Shown: piece by piece, positions 29,863-38,956 of the stretch | Numbering within the stretch: the stretch's first letter is position 1 | Layout of the letters: every line of letters begins with the position of its first letter | Origin: Gammaproteobacteria bacterium | GTDB taxonomy: Bacteria; Pseudomonadota; Gammaproteobacteria; Burkholderiales; SG8-39 | Assembly: GCA_041499655.1 (NCBI GenBank) | Contig: JBGQKQ010000002.1 | Location: 1 to 62,213 of the forward strand | Direction of reading: 5' to 3' | DNA: 62,213 bases | Notes under the pieces: model-generated | What the model saw: only the letters and a program-made list of their open reading frames with translations | What the model was told of the DNA's origin: nothing | Databases searched by the model: none | Translations under genes and position numbers: made by a program

Positions 29863-32800
29863 CTAGTGCAGCTGGCCCGCAGGGCCGCCCGACGCGGGCA
29901 GCGCCTCGGACGTTGATCGTTTCGAGTGATCCGCGGCGAGGAGCAGGTACATTGCGGGAACGACGAAGAGCGTAAACAGCGTCCCGATGGCGACCCCGGT
30001 GGCGATCACCAGTCCCATGTTGAAGCGGCTTACCGCGCCCGCGCCGCTCGCGATGAGAAGCGGAACGACCCCGAGCACCATCGCCCCGGTGGTCATCAGG
30101 ATCGGGCGGAGCCGGATGCCGGCCGCCTTTTCGACCGCCTCGCGCTTGGACAGACCCTGCTTCTGCAGGTTGTTGGCGAACTCGACGATCAGGATCCCGT
30201 GCTTGCTGATGAGTCCGATGAGCGTCACCAGTCCCACCTTGGTGTAGATATTGAGGCTCACCGCGCCGATCCCGAGCGTGCTGAAGAGGTTCACGAAGAT
30301 GAGCGCCCCGCAGATCGACATCGGCACCGAGATGAGGATGATGACCGGGTCGCGGAAGCTTTCGAACTGCGCCGCAAGCGCGAGGAATATGACGACCAGG
30401 GCGAACGCGAATGTGATCAACAGGGCGCTCGATTCCTGGATGTACTGCCGCGACGGCCCGGCGTAGTCGACCGAGTAGCCCTGCGGCAGCGTGCGCGCCG
30501 CGAGGTTCTGCATGTACGCGATGGCATCACCCTGGGTCACGCCGATGAAGGGCACGCCCGAGATCGTGGCCGCGTTCTGCTGCTGGAAGCGGTTGAGCGA
30601 TTGCGGGATCGTCTTCGTCGTGATGTGTACCACGGTCGAAAGGGGGATCGCCTCGCCGCTCGGGGTACGGATATAGGTGCTGTTCAGCTGGTCGGCATTG
30701 AGCCGGTCCGTCTGCTGGATCTGCGGGATCACCTTGTAGGCCCGGTCGAAGAAACTGAAGTAGTTGACGTAGCCGCCACCCAGGAGCGAGGACAGCGCCC
30801 CGCCCACATCCTTCATCGTGAGACCCAGCTGCGCGCTCAGCTCCCGGTCGATCACCACGGTCGACTGTGGAAGGTCGTAGCGAAGATCGTTGTCGATGAA
30901 GAAGAACATGCCGCTTTTTTGCGCTTCCTGCGCAAACGCGGAGGCGATGCCGTTCAGCTTCTCGAAGGGCTCGGTGGTCTGGATGACGAACTGCACCGGC
31001 AGGCCGAAGGCGCCTGGAAGCGGCGGCGGCTGGAACACGGCCGCGCGCAAGCCCGCGATCTGTCCCAGCTCCTGCGTGACACCGGGCTGGAGCTGCGCGG
31101 CGGTCGCCTTGCGCTCGTTCCAGGGCTTGAGCACCATCCCGGCGAGCGTCTGTCCCGGGATGTCGAGCTGGAACACGTGATCGGTTTCCGGGTGCCTGGC
31201 GAAGGTTTGGTAGACCTCGCGCGTGTAGAGCTGGCGCTGCTGCAGCGTCGAATTCGGGGCGGCCTGAGCGGACATGATGAGAACGCCCTGGTCTTCCGGG
31301 GGAGCGAGCTCATCCTTCGAGGTGATCCACAGAAAGTAGATGCTGCCCAGGACGATGACCGAGAACACCGCTGTCACCGCCACCCAGTTGAGTGTGCCGT
31401 GCAGCAGGTTCTCGTAGCGCCGGTGCAGCGCGTCGAAGCTGCGGTCGAGCAGCACCACGAGCTTGGCGTCCCAGCCGCCCGCGCCGGGATCGTGCGGCTT
31501 CAGAAGCTTGGCGCACATCATGGGCGACAGGGTCAGCGCGACCACCGCCGACACGGTGACCGCTCCCACCAGGGTGACGGCGAATTCGGTGAAAAGGGCT
31601 CCGGTGAGCCCGGTCAGGAAGATGATCGGAAGGTACACGGCGACCAGCACGATGGTCATCGCGATGATGGGATTGGCGAGTTCGCGCGCCGCGAGGGTCG
31701 CCGCCTGCGCGGGCTTCATGCCCTCTTCCAGATGGCGGTTGACGTTCTCGACGACGATGATGGCGTCGTCGACCACCAGGCCGATCGCGAGGACCAGGGC
31801 GAGCAGCGTCAGCAGGTTGATCGAGTAGCCGAGCGCAAACATGACCGTGAAGGTGCCGACGAGCGAAAGCGGTATCGCCACCGTGGGAATCAGCACCGAG
31901 CGCACCGAGCCGAGAAAGGCGAAGACCACGAGCGTGACGATGATGAGCGCCTCGGCGAGCGTCCAGATAACCTCCTCGATCGCGCTGTTCACGAACTTGG
32001 TCGAGTCGTAGACGATCTCGCCCTGCAGCCCCTGGGGCAGCTGTGAGTGGATGTCGGGCCACACCTTGCGCACGCCCGCGATGACGTCGAGCAGGTTCGC
32101 CGCGGGCGCGACGTTGATGCCGATGTAGACCGCCTTCTTGCCGTCGAAACCGACTTCGGAATCGTAGTCCTCGGCGCCGAGCGTCACGTTGGCCACGTCG
32201 CTCAACCGGATGACTGCGCCCCCCTGCTGCTTGATGACGAGGTTCTTGAATTGCTCGACCGTGCGGACGTCGGTCGATGCGGTGAGGTTAACCTGGACCA
32301 TCTGGCCCTTGGTCGCCCCCACCGCCGACAGGAAGTTGTTGGCGGCGAGGGCCGCGCTGACGTCGGACGCGGTGAGATTGTAGGCCGCAAGCTTGTCCGG
32401 ATCGAGCCAGGCGCGCAGCGCGAAAAGCTTGCCGCCCAGGATTTCGGCGGTCTGCACGCCTTCGACCGCCTGCAGCTTCGGCTGGACCACCCGGATCAGG
32501 TAGTCGGTGATCTTATTGGGCGTGAGCACATCGCTCGCGAAGCCGATGTACATGGCAGCGAATGTCTGGCCGACCTTCACCGTGAGCACCGGCTGCTGCG
32601 AGCCCGGCGGGAGCTGGTTCAGAACGGCGTTGACCTTGGTGCTGATCTCGGTGAGCGCCTTGTCGACGTCGTAGTTGAGGCGCAAAGCGGCGGTGATCGT
32701 GCTTACGCTCTGGCGGCTCGCCGAGCTCATGAAGTCGATGCCGTTCGCCTGGGCGATGGAGTTTTCGAGCGGTGTGGTGATGAATCCGGCGACCAGCGAC

Positions 32801-32970
32801 GGGTCGGCCCCGAAATAGGTCGTGGTCACGGTGACGACCGCGTTCTGCGTGCGCGGATACTGCAGCACCGGCAGGAGCCCTATCGAGCGCAATCCGAGCA
32901 CCAGCAGCGTCAGGCTCACGACCGTCGCGAGAACCGGCCGCTCGATGAAAATGTCCGTGAATTTCCTCAT
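29863..32970 (-). CDS. RND efflux transporter, inner-membrane permease subunit (HAE1 family)
   Basis: 1035 aa. MRKFTDIFIERPVLATVVSL..., 12-TM AcrB-like organisation, LVVDDAIIVVENV motif. Confidence 0.92.
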   Translation of the reverse strand: MRKFTDIFIERPVLATVVSLTLLVLGLRSIGLLPVLQYPRTQNAVVTVTTTYFGADPSLVAGFITTPLENSIAQANGIDFMSSASRQSVSTITAALRLNYDVDKALTEISTKVNAVLNQLPPGSQQPVLTVKVGQTFAAMYIGFASDVLTPNKITDYLIRVVQPKLQAVEGVQTAEILGGKLFALRAWLDPDKLAAYNLTASDVSAALAANNFLSAVGATKGQMVQVNLTASTDVRTVEQFKNLVIKQQGGAVIRLSDVANVTLGAEDYDSEVGFDGKKAVYIGINVAPAANLLDVIAGVRKVWPDIHSQLPQGLQGEIVYDSTKFVNSAIEEVIWTLAEALIIVTLVVFAFLGSVRSVLIPTVAIPLSLVGTFTVMFALGYSINLLTLLALVLAIGLVVDDAIIVVENVNRHLEEGMKPAQAATLAARELANPIIAMTIVLVAVYLPIIFLTGLTGALFTEFAVTLVGAVTVSAVVALTLSPMMCAKLLKPHDPGAGGWDAKLVVLLDRSFDALHRRYENLLHGTLNWVAVTAVFSVIVLGSIYFLWITSKDELAPPEDQGVLIMSAQAAPNSTLQQRQLYTREVYQTFARHPETDHVFQLDIPGQTLAGMVLKPWNERKATAAQLQPGVTQELGQIAGLRAAVFQPPPLPGAFGLPVQFVIQTTEPFEKLNGIASAFAQEAQKSGMFFFIDNDLRYDLPQSTVVIDRELSAQLGLTMKDVGGALSSLLGGGYVNYFSFFDRAYKVIPQIQQTDRLNADQLNSTYIRTPSGEAIPLSTVVHITTKTIPQSLNRFQQQNAATISGVPFIGVTQGDAIAYMQNLAARTLPQGYSVDYAGPSRQYIQESSALLITFAFALVVIFLALAAQFESFRDPVIILISVPMSICGALIFVNLFSTLGIGAVSLNIYTKVGLVTLIGLISKHGILIVEFANNLQKQGLSKREAVEKAAGIRLRPILMTTGAMVLGVVPLLIASGAGAVSRFNMGLVIATGVAIGTLFTLFVVPAMYLLLAADHSKRSTSEALPASGGPAGQLH

Positions 32971-32979
32971 CGGCCCCCC

Positions 32980-34107
32980 TTATTGGTCCTTGGGTTTAGG
33001 CGCAGGTTCGTTCGTCGGCTGGATGGAGTTGTTGACGACCACCGGAATCCCCGAGCGAAGCTTGATCTGCCCGGCGGTGACCACCGTGTCCCCTTCCTTG
33101 ATGCCCGAGAGGATCGCGATCTGGTCGCCGCGCGCCTCGCCGGTCGTCACGAATTTCTGCTGGGCGACGAGCGCGACCTTGTCGTCCTTGCTCTTGCTCT
33201 CTTCCACGACGAACACGGTGTCACCGAAGGGGTTGTAGGAGACCGCGGTCTGCGGCAGCGTGAGGAAACGCTGCGGTCCGCCCGAGGCGAGCACCACGGT
33301 GGCGAACATTCCGGGAAGGAGGCTGCGCTTCGGATTGCGCACGGTGGCGCGCACCTGCACGTTGCGCGTCGCGGGGTCCACCTTGGGGTCGATCGAGCTG
33401 ACGTCCCCGGGAAACTGCTGGCCCTGGAATGCGTCGGTTTTCAGCACGATTTTCTGCCCAAGCGCGATCCTGCCGAGTGATTTTTGCGGCGCGTAGAAAT
33501 CCACGTACACGGGGTCGAGCGCCTGGAGCGTCACCAGCTTCGTCCCTGCGTTGACGTACTGTCCGACGTCCACTGCGCGGATTCCCAGCCGCCCGGCGAA
33601 GGGCGCGCGCACCAGTTTCTTGGCGACGAGCGCCCGCTGCTCGGCTACCTGCGCTTTCGCGCTTTTCAGGGTAGCGGCGTCGGCGTCGACCACCGCCTGG
33701 CTCACTGCCTGGATCGCCAGCTGCTTCTGGTCGCGGTCGTAGTTCGCTTCGGCGAGCTCAACAGCCGCCATGAGCGACTGCAGCCTCGCCACGTCCGATT
33801 CATTGTTCAGCTGAACCAGCGGCGCGCCTTCCGCGACCTCCTGGCCCGACTGAAAGTGGATTGCGGTAATGAGCCCCGAGACTTCGGACGCCATATCGGC
33901 GCCGCGCACCGCGCGCAGCGTACCGACCGCCTGGAACTCGCCCTGCCATTCCGTGAACTGCGCCTTGGCCGTCGAGACGGTCTGAGGTGGAATGCCCTGT
34001 GCAGCGATGCTCTTGCGTATCGCGCCCCCCAGGAAGGCCTTGAAACCGAACAGCCCGCCGAAGAGAACTCCGACGATTGCCAGCATGATGATCATGCGTT
34101 TGGTCAT
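32980..34107 (-). CDS. RND efflux periplasmic adaptor (membrane fusion protein)
   Basis: 375 aa. N-terminal TM anchor, coiled-coil hairpin, and barrel-sandwich motifs (APFAGRLGIRAVDVGQYV). Confidence 0.88.
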   Translation of the reverse strand: MTKRMIIMLAIVGVLFGGLFGFKAFLGGAIRKSIAAQGIPPQTVSTAKAQFTEWQGEFQAVGTLRAVRGADMASEVSGLITAIHFQSGQEVAEGAPLVQLNNESDVARLQSLMAAVELAEANYDRDQKQLAIQAVSQAVVDADAATLKSAKAQVAEQRALVAKKLVRAPFAGRLGIRAVDVGQYVNAGTKLVTLQALDPVYVDFYAPQKSLGRIALGQKIVLKTDAFQGQQFPGDVSSIDPKVDPATRNVQVRATVRNPKRSLLPGMFATVVLASGGPQRFLTLPQTAVSYNPFGDTVFVVEESKSKDDKVALVAQQKFVTTGEARGDQIAILSGIKEGDTVVTAGQIKLRSGIPVVVNNSIQPTNEPAPKPKDQ

Positions 34108-34135
34108 GAATGTGACTCCTTGAATGCTTCCCGGC

Positions 34136-35626
34136 TCAGTCGGTGCGCTTCCCCGAGGTTGCGCTTGCCGACTCGACGCGATTCCACCAACCGCCGCCGA
34201 GCGCCTGAAACAGCGCCGCCGTGTCCGCGTAGCGCGCGGCCTGCGCCTGCACCAATGCGGCTTTCGCCAGCGAGTACTGGCGCTGGGCGTTGAACAGCGC
34301 GAGGTAGCTCGCCGCCCCGAACTTGAGTTGCTGCTGCGTCACCTCGAGGCTTTCGCGCGAGGCGGCTTCGGCCTCGGCCTGGGCTTTGAGCGTCCTGGCG
34401 TCGTACTCGAGAGCCAGCAGGACGTCGGCGACATCCTGGAATGCCGTGAGAAGCGCTAGCTGATACTGCGCGAAAGCCTGGTCGTAGGCCGCTTCTGCTC
34501 CCCGCTTCTGCGCGGCGAGCTGCCCTGCGTGGAAGATCGGCTGCAGCAGGCCCGCGCCGATGTTCCAGAGCTGGGTGCCCGGATTGAAGAGATTCCCGCT
34601 GCTCAGCGCGGCGGTCCCGTAGCTTCCCGTCAAAGTCACTTGAGGGAACATAAGGGCCTCGGCGACCCCGATTCGGGCGTTCGTCTGTCGCAGGATTGCT
34701 TCGGCCTGGCGCACGTCAGGCCGCTGCCGCAGCAGGTCGGAGGGAACGCTGAGCGGCAGGTTCTGAGGCAGATGGAAACTGCCGAAGTCGAGTTCGGGCA
34801 GCTTTGCGTCGGCGGGAACCTTGCCCAGCAGGACTGCGAGTTGGTTGCGGGTCTGGCCGAGCGCCTTTTCGAGAGGAGGCAGGATCGCCCGCGTCTGCGC
34901 CGCCTGGGCACGCTGGCCGAGCAGGTCGGACCCGGAAATTGCACCGAGCTTGAATTGCTTCTCCGCGAGCTCAAGCTGGCTGTCCTGCGCCTGTGAGATT
35001 TCGCGCGTCGCACGGATCTGCTCGCGCAGCGAGGCCTCGCGAAACGCCGTGGTCGCGACGTTCGCGGTGAGCGACAGGTAGGCCGCTTCAACCTGAAAGC
35101 GCTGGAAATCGACTCCCGCCCTCAGGGCCTCGAGCTCGCGGCGCGCTCCGCCTGCGACGTCGATGGCGTACGTCACGTTCACGGAAGCGTTATAGAGGTT
35201 GAACGTGGTGGCGGGGCTCGACGGGTTCCCGAAAGTCGCGCCGGAGATGCGCTGGCGCCTTGCCGAGAGGCTCCCGTCGACGCTGGGATAGAGCACCGCG
35301 TACTGCGCGTTCACATTTTCTTCGGCCTGGCGCAGGGCAGCCTTCGCGGCCGCCAGGGTCGGCTGGCCGGCGAGCGCCGTCCGAATGAGCACGTCGAGAT
35401 CCGGCGAACCGAAAACCGTCCACCAGTCGGCGGCAATTTTCGCGCCCAGTTCCAGGCGCTGGGCATCTCCGCCCTGCACCGGGGCGGACTCGGTTTGCGC
35501 GGGCTGGGGTATTTCTGTATAGGTGCCGACAACCGGCGCTTCGGGCGCACGATAGTCGGGCCCGACTGCGCAGGCGGCGAGTACCGCCGCAACCGCGATG
35601 ACCGCCGCGCCGTTCAGCCGGATCAT
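34136..35626 (-). CDS. Efflux outer-membrane factor lipoprotein (NodT family)
   Basis: The track ORF (739 aa) is over-extended across tetR. ATG 35626 gives MIRLNGAAVIAVAAVLAACAVGPDYRAP (lipobox LAAC), 496 aa, with ATGA overlap to the tetR stop. Confidence 0.88.
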   Translation of the reverse strand: MIRLNGAAVIAVAAVLAACAVGPDYRAPEAPVVGTYTEIPQPAQTESAPVQGGDAQRLELGAKIAADWWTVFGSPDLDVLIRTALAGQPTLAAAKAALRQAEENVNAQYAVLYPSVDGSLSARRQRISGATFGNPSSPATTFNLYNASVNVTYAIDVAGGARRELEALRAGVDFQRFQVEAAYLSLTANVATTAFREASLREQIRATREISQAQDSQLELAEKQFKLGAISGSDLLGQRAQAAQTRAILPPLEKALGQTRNQLAVLLGKVPADAKLPELDFGSFHLPQNLPLSVPSDLLRQRPDVRQAEAILRQTNARIGVAEALMFPQVTLTGSYGTAALSSGNLFNPGTQLWNIGAGLLQPIFHAGQLAAQKRGAEAAYDQAFAQYQLALLTAFQDVADVLLALEYDARTLKAQAEAEAASRESLEVTQQQLKFGAASYLALFNAQRQYSLAKAALVQAQAARYADTAALFQALGGGWWNRVESASATSGKRTD

Positions 35627-36303
35627 TTCTTCGCCCCTTTCGCGATGGCCCGCTCTTCTCCGTTCGCGGGCTGGAGTCCGGTCATCAGCGCGCCAACCGC
35701 TTCGCGCAGCCGCTGGCGCGGCTTGCCTTTTGCGTCCGAACTGCCGCAGAAGAATTGGTCGCACAAAGCCGTGTTGACGCTCACCGCCATCATCAGCTCG
35801 GCAATGGTCTCTGGAACGGCGGAAGCTGCCACGCGACCGAGCTGCTGTTCGGCGCGCAAGTAGGCCGCGATCGCAAAGGCCCCCCGCCCCGGTCCCATCG
35901 AACGCTCGTTCATCATGCCGCGCACCTTGACGAGAAGCGCCTGGTCGGCGAAAAGCGAGCACATCAGCGGAGTGATCCGGTAGTGAAACGCAAATGCGCT
36001 CTCGAGCACGTGCTCGAGGTTCTTCTGCACTGTGCCCTGCCCCACCTGAAGGGGGAGGCTCTGCAGCACCTCGGGAAAATCGCCGAGCTGGTGCAGCACC
36101 ACCGACAGGATCAACTCGGCCTTGTCGCCGAAGTGGTGGTAGAGCGCGCCTTCGGCCACGTTCGCCGCGCGGGCAATGTCGCGCGTGCTGACGCAGCCCA
36201 GGCCGTGCGAGTTCAGCAGCCGTTCGGTCGCGGCGAGGAGCCGCTCCTTCTGGTCGGGCGAAGGGGAGCGGGAAGCGGAACGGGGAGCGACGGACTTGGC
36301 CAC
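35623..36303 (-). CDS. TetR/AcrR family transcriptional repressor of the efflux operon
   Basis: 226 aa. HTH LGCVSTRDIARAANVAEGALYHHFGDK. First gene of the tetR-OMF-MFP-RND operon. GTG start at 36303. Confidence 0.85.
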   Translation of the reverse strand: MAKSVAPRSASRSPSPDQKERLLAATERLLNSHGLGCVSTRDIARAANVAEGALYHHFGDKAELILSVVLHQLGDFPEVLQSLPLQVGQGTVQKNLEHVLESAFAFHYRITPLMCSLFADQALLVKVRGMMNERSMGPGRGAFAIAAYLRAEQQLGRVAASAVPETIAELMMAVSVNTALCDQFFCGSSDAKGKPRQRLREAVGALMTGLQPANGEERAIAKGAKK

Positions 36304-36327
36304 GCGGTATTAGAAAACGGACGGGAT

Positions 36328-36371
36328 TGAGCGATCGCTCAGATATTATGAGCAATCGCTCAAAAAATCAA
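36328..36371 (-). promoter_or_regulatory. Sigma70-type promoter with two 14-bp palindromic TetR-type operators
   Basis: Minus strand reads TTGATT (36371-36366), a 17-nt spacer, then TAATAT (36348-36343). The perfect palindrome TGAGCGATCGCTCA (36328-36341) sits just downstream of the -10. The near-identical TGAGCAATCGCTCA (36349-36362) fills the spacer. Centres are 21 bp apart. Confidence 0.7.
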
Positions 36372-36393
36372 GCCCCCTCCCGAACGGGGTCGA
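36363..36393 (-). terminator. Possible rho-independent terminator after the aminotransferase gene
   Basis: Minus strand reads GACCCCGTTCGGGAGGGGGC followed by TTGATTTTTT. The stem is short and the T-run overlaps the tetR -35. Confidence 0.4.
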
Positions 36394-37905
36394 TCAGGCC
36401 GCGGCGCAGCTTTTTTGCTTTTGCTGCGCGGCCTTGGCGTGCATCGAGGCGTAGGCTCCGTGGGCCGCGGCCTCGGCGTCGCCGACGTGGACGTTCATCC
36501 CCATGTCGGAGAGCACCGACCCGAGGGCCGAGAGGCACAGCATCACGTTGTCCGGGCGGCAGGAGTAGCCCATGATGCCGATGCGCCAGATCTTGCCGGC
36601 GAGCGGCCCGAGTCCTGCGCCGATCTCGATGCTGAATTCGTTGAGCAGGGTCTTCCTCACCTCGGCCTCGTTCACGCCCTCGGGACAGCGGACCGCGTTC
36701 ATCTGCGGAAGCTGATACTTCTCGCTCACCAGGAACCGGAGACCCATCGCCTCGAGCCCGGCCTTGAGCGCGTTATGGTGGCGCTGGTGGCGCGCCCAAG
36801 CGTTCTCCATGCCTTCCTCGCGCAACAGCAGGAGCGCTTCGTGCAGGCCGAACAGCGAGTTGGTCGGCGCGGTGTGGTGATAGGTGCGGTTCGTCGCGCC
36901 CCAGTAGCCGAGCAGCAGGTTCATATCCATGAACCAGGAGTGGATCTTGTCCTTGCGCGCCTTGACGTACTCGACCACGCGTTCGGAGAAGGAAACCGGC
37001 GACAGACCCGGCGTGCACGACAGGCACTTCTGGCTCGCCGAATAGATCGCGTCGATTTTCCATTCGTCCACCCGCACCGGCGACCCGCCGAGCGTGGTGA
37101 CCGCGTCGACGATGGCGAGCGCGTCGTGCTGGTGCGCGACCTGCACCAGCGTCTTCGCGTCCGATTGCACGCCGGTCGAAGTTTCGCCGTGGACGAACGC
37201 GATCACGCGCACGCCGCGGTTCTTCTTGAGCGCGTCTTCGAGCTTCTGCGGGTCGACGGGCGAGCCCCACTCGTCCTCGACGACGATCGCCTTGCCGCCC
37301 GCGCGCTCGACGTTCTCGATCATGCGGCCGCCGAAAACACCGTTACGGCACACGATCACCTTGTCGCCCGGCGCGACGAGGTTCACGAAGCAATACTCCA
37401 TGCCGACCGAGCCCGGGCCCGAGATCGGGAAGGTCAGCGGGTGCTTCGTCTGATAGACGTAGCGCAGCAGCCCCTTCAGCTCCTCCATCATCTCGACGAA
37501 GACCGGATCGAGATAGCCGATCGCCGGCTGGCTCATGGTGGTGAGCACGCGCGGATGGATCTCGGTCGGCCCCGGGCCCATGAGCGTGCGTTGTGGCGGA
37601 TGGAACGAACTGATGCGTTTGGCGGGTGCGAAATCGTTCATGGCTTCCTTTCCCGAGAGAGGCGACCCGAACAGATGACCGTCGGGACGCGATTTGACCT
37701 TCACCGGCTTCTTGGCGTGAGCTTCGTTGAGCACTTCGACTGCGGCGACCTTGCCGTCGGTGATGTGCTCGACTTCCATCGCCCAGCGCGCCGGCACGTA
37801 ACCGGACTTGACCCAGTTGTTTACCACCGCGCGGTCCAGGCGAAAGGCGCGGGCGACTTCTGCCTGGGTGCCGAAAATCTCGACGAGACGGGCGGCGCAG
37901 TTCAT
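36394..37905 (-). CDS. Class-V (AGXT/serine-glyoxylate type) aminotransferase with an in-frame N-terminal Cro/YdaS-like HTH extension
   Basis: 503-aa ORF. Residues 1-60 read FGTQAEVARAFRLDRAVVNNWVKSGYVPARWAMEVEHITDGKV (YdaS/Cro pattern). From M89 (ATG 37641, preceded by GGAAAGGAAG) it is a typical PLP aminotransferase: LMGPGPTE...SASQKCLS (the PLP lysine). Confidence 0.8.
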   Translation of the reverse strand: MNCAARLVEIFGTQAEVARAFRLDRAVVNNWVKSGYVPARWAMEVEHITDGKVAAVEVLNEAHAKKPVKVKSRPDGHLFGSPLSGKEAMNDFAPAKRISSFHPPQRTLMGPGPTEIHPRVLTTMSQPAIGYLDPVFVEMMEELKGLLRYVYQTKHPLTFPISGPGSVGMEYCFVNLVAPGDKVIVCRNGVFGGRMIENVERAGGKAIVVEDEWGSPVDPQKLEDALKKNRGVRVIAFVHGETSTGVQSDAKTLVQVAHQHDALAIVDAVTTLGGSPVRVDEWKIDAIYSASQKCLSCTPGLSPVSFSERVVEYVKARKDKIHSWFMDMNLLLGYWGATNRTYHHTAPTNSLFGLHEALLLLREEGMENAWARHQRHHNALKAGLEAMGLRFLVSEKYQLPQMNAVRCPEGVNEAEVRKTLLNEFSIEIGAGLGPLAGKIWRIGIMGYSCRPDNVMLCLSALGSVLSDMGMNVHVGDAEAAAHGAYASMHAKAAQQKQKSCAAA

Positions 37906-37923
37906 TGCCGCCGAAGACTAGCA

Positions 37924-37942
37924 TGTCAAATTTACATTGACA
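37924..37942. promoter_or_regulatory. Operator-like inverted repeat TGTCAA-N7-TTGACA embedded in the promoter of the HTH-aminotransferase gene
   Basis: Minus strand reads TTGTCA, a 17-nt spacer, TAGTCT, then 9 nt to ATG 37905. The two IR arms coincide with the -35 hexamer and the spacer. No SD lies between the -10 and the ATG. Confidence 0.45.
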
Positions 37943-37971
37943 AGGGACTTTGTACCCAGGAAAAGGTGGCT

Positions 37972-38943
37972 CTATTCCACCTGCAGGCCGATCCGCTTGA
38001 TGAGCGCACCGAACCGCGCGTATTCCTCGCGCAGGACTTTCTCGTACTCCTCGGGCGTCGATCCGGCCGGCTCCATGCCGATAGCTCCCATTCGCTCGAT
38101 CACGTCGGGCGCCTTCACCGCGTCGATCACGGCCCGGTTGAGCCGCGCCACGGTGTCGCGCGGAGTGCGCGCGGCCAGGAACACGCCCAGCGGCGCCGCC
38201 ATGTCGAACCCGGGATCCACCGTCTCGGCGACCGTCGGCACTTCGGGCGTAAGGCTCGAGCGCCTCGACATGCTGAAGGCGAGCACGCGCAGCTTGCCCG
38301 TCTTCATGGCGCTCGCCGCAGCGGGATAGCCGACGAAGCCGAGCAGCACGTCGCCCGCCATCATCGCCGGGACCGACTGGCCTGCGCCCTTGAAGGGCAC
38401 GTGGGTGAAATCGACTCGCAGGTCCGCCTTGAACCGCTCCATCGTGATCTGGTGGATCGAGCCGTTGCCCGACGACGCGTAGGGCATCGGCTGCTTCTGC
38501 GACCTGGCGAGCGTGATCAGCTCCTGGATCGAGTTGGCTTGCACCGACGGATGCACCACCAGCCACATCGGCACGACCACGGCGAGCGACACCGGCTGAA
38601 GATCTCTGAACGGATCGTAGGGGAGCGACCTGAACAGGTGCGGCGCCGTGGTGATCACGCTGCTGTCGCTGATGAGAACGGTGGTCCCGTCGGGCGGCGA
38701 CTTGGCGGCGAGATCGGCGGCCACCGTGCTGCCCGCTCCGGGGCGATTCTCGACGACGAATTGCTGGCCCAGGGCGGCGCTCCACTTCGCAGCGAGTATT
38801 CGGGCAAGCGTGTCAGGATTGCCGCCGGGCGCGAGTCCCACGAGGACGCGAACCGGCTTCTGCGGCCATCCCTGAGGCTGCGGACTTGCGACTCCGGACC
38901 AAGCCACGGCTGCAAAACCGAAGAAGAGAGCGACGCGGTTCAT
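37972..38943 (-). CDS. Bug-family (TctC-like) tripartite tricarboxylate transporter substrate-binding protein
   Basis: 323 aa. Signal peptide, then WPQKPVRVLVGLAPGGNPDTLARILA...FVVENRPGAGSTV, the Bug family signature. Confidence 0.85.
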   Translation of the reverse strand: MNRVALFFGFAAVAWSGVASPQPQGWPQKPVRVLVGLAPGGNPDTLARILAAKWSAALGQQFVVENRPGAGSTVAADLAAKSPPDGTTVLISDSSVITTAPHLFRSLPYDPFRDLQPVSLAVVVPMWLVVHPSVQANSIQELITLARSQKQPMPYASSGNGSIHQITMERFKADLRVDFTHVPFKGAGQSVPAMMAGDVLLGFVGYPAAASAMKTGKLRVLAFSMSRRSSLTPEVPTVAETVDPGFDMAAPLGVFLAARTPRDTVARLNRAVIDAVKAPDVIERMGAIGMEPAGSTPEEYEKVLREEYARFGALIKRIGLQVE

Positions 38944-38956
38944 CCTTCCTCCCTGG

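Noticed and set aside
34136-36355. 739-aa version of the outer-membrane factor ORF. Similarly over-extended track ORFs are 2353-3735, 5004-6026, 24029-25051, 43886-45241, 48207-49847 and 22708-23397.
   Set aside because: The N-terminal extensions run through the upstream gene in another frame and lack family features. Internal starts give canonical N-termini (lipobox, signal peptides, conserved motifs), often with ATGA/GTGA coupling to the upstream stop.
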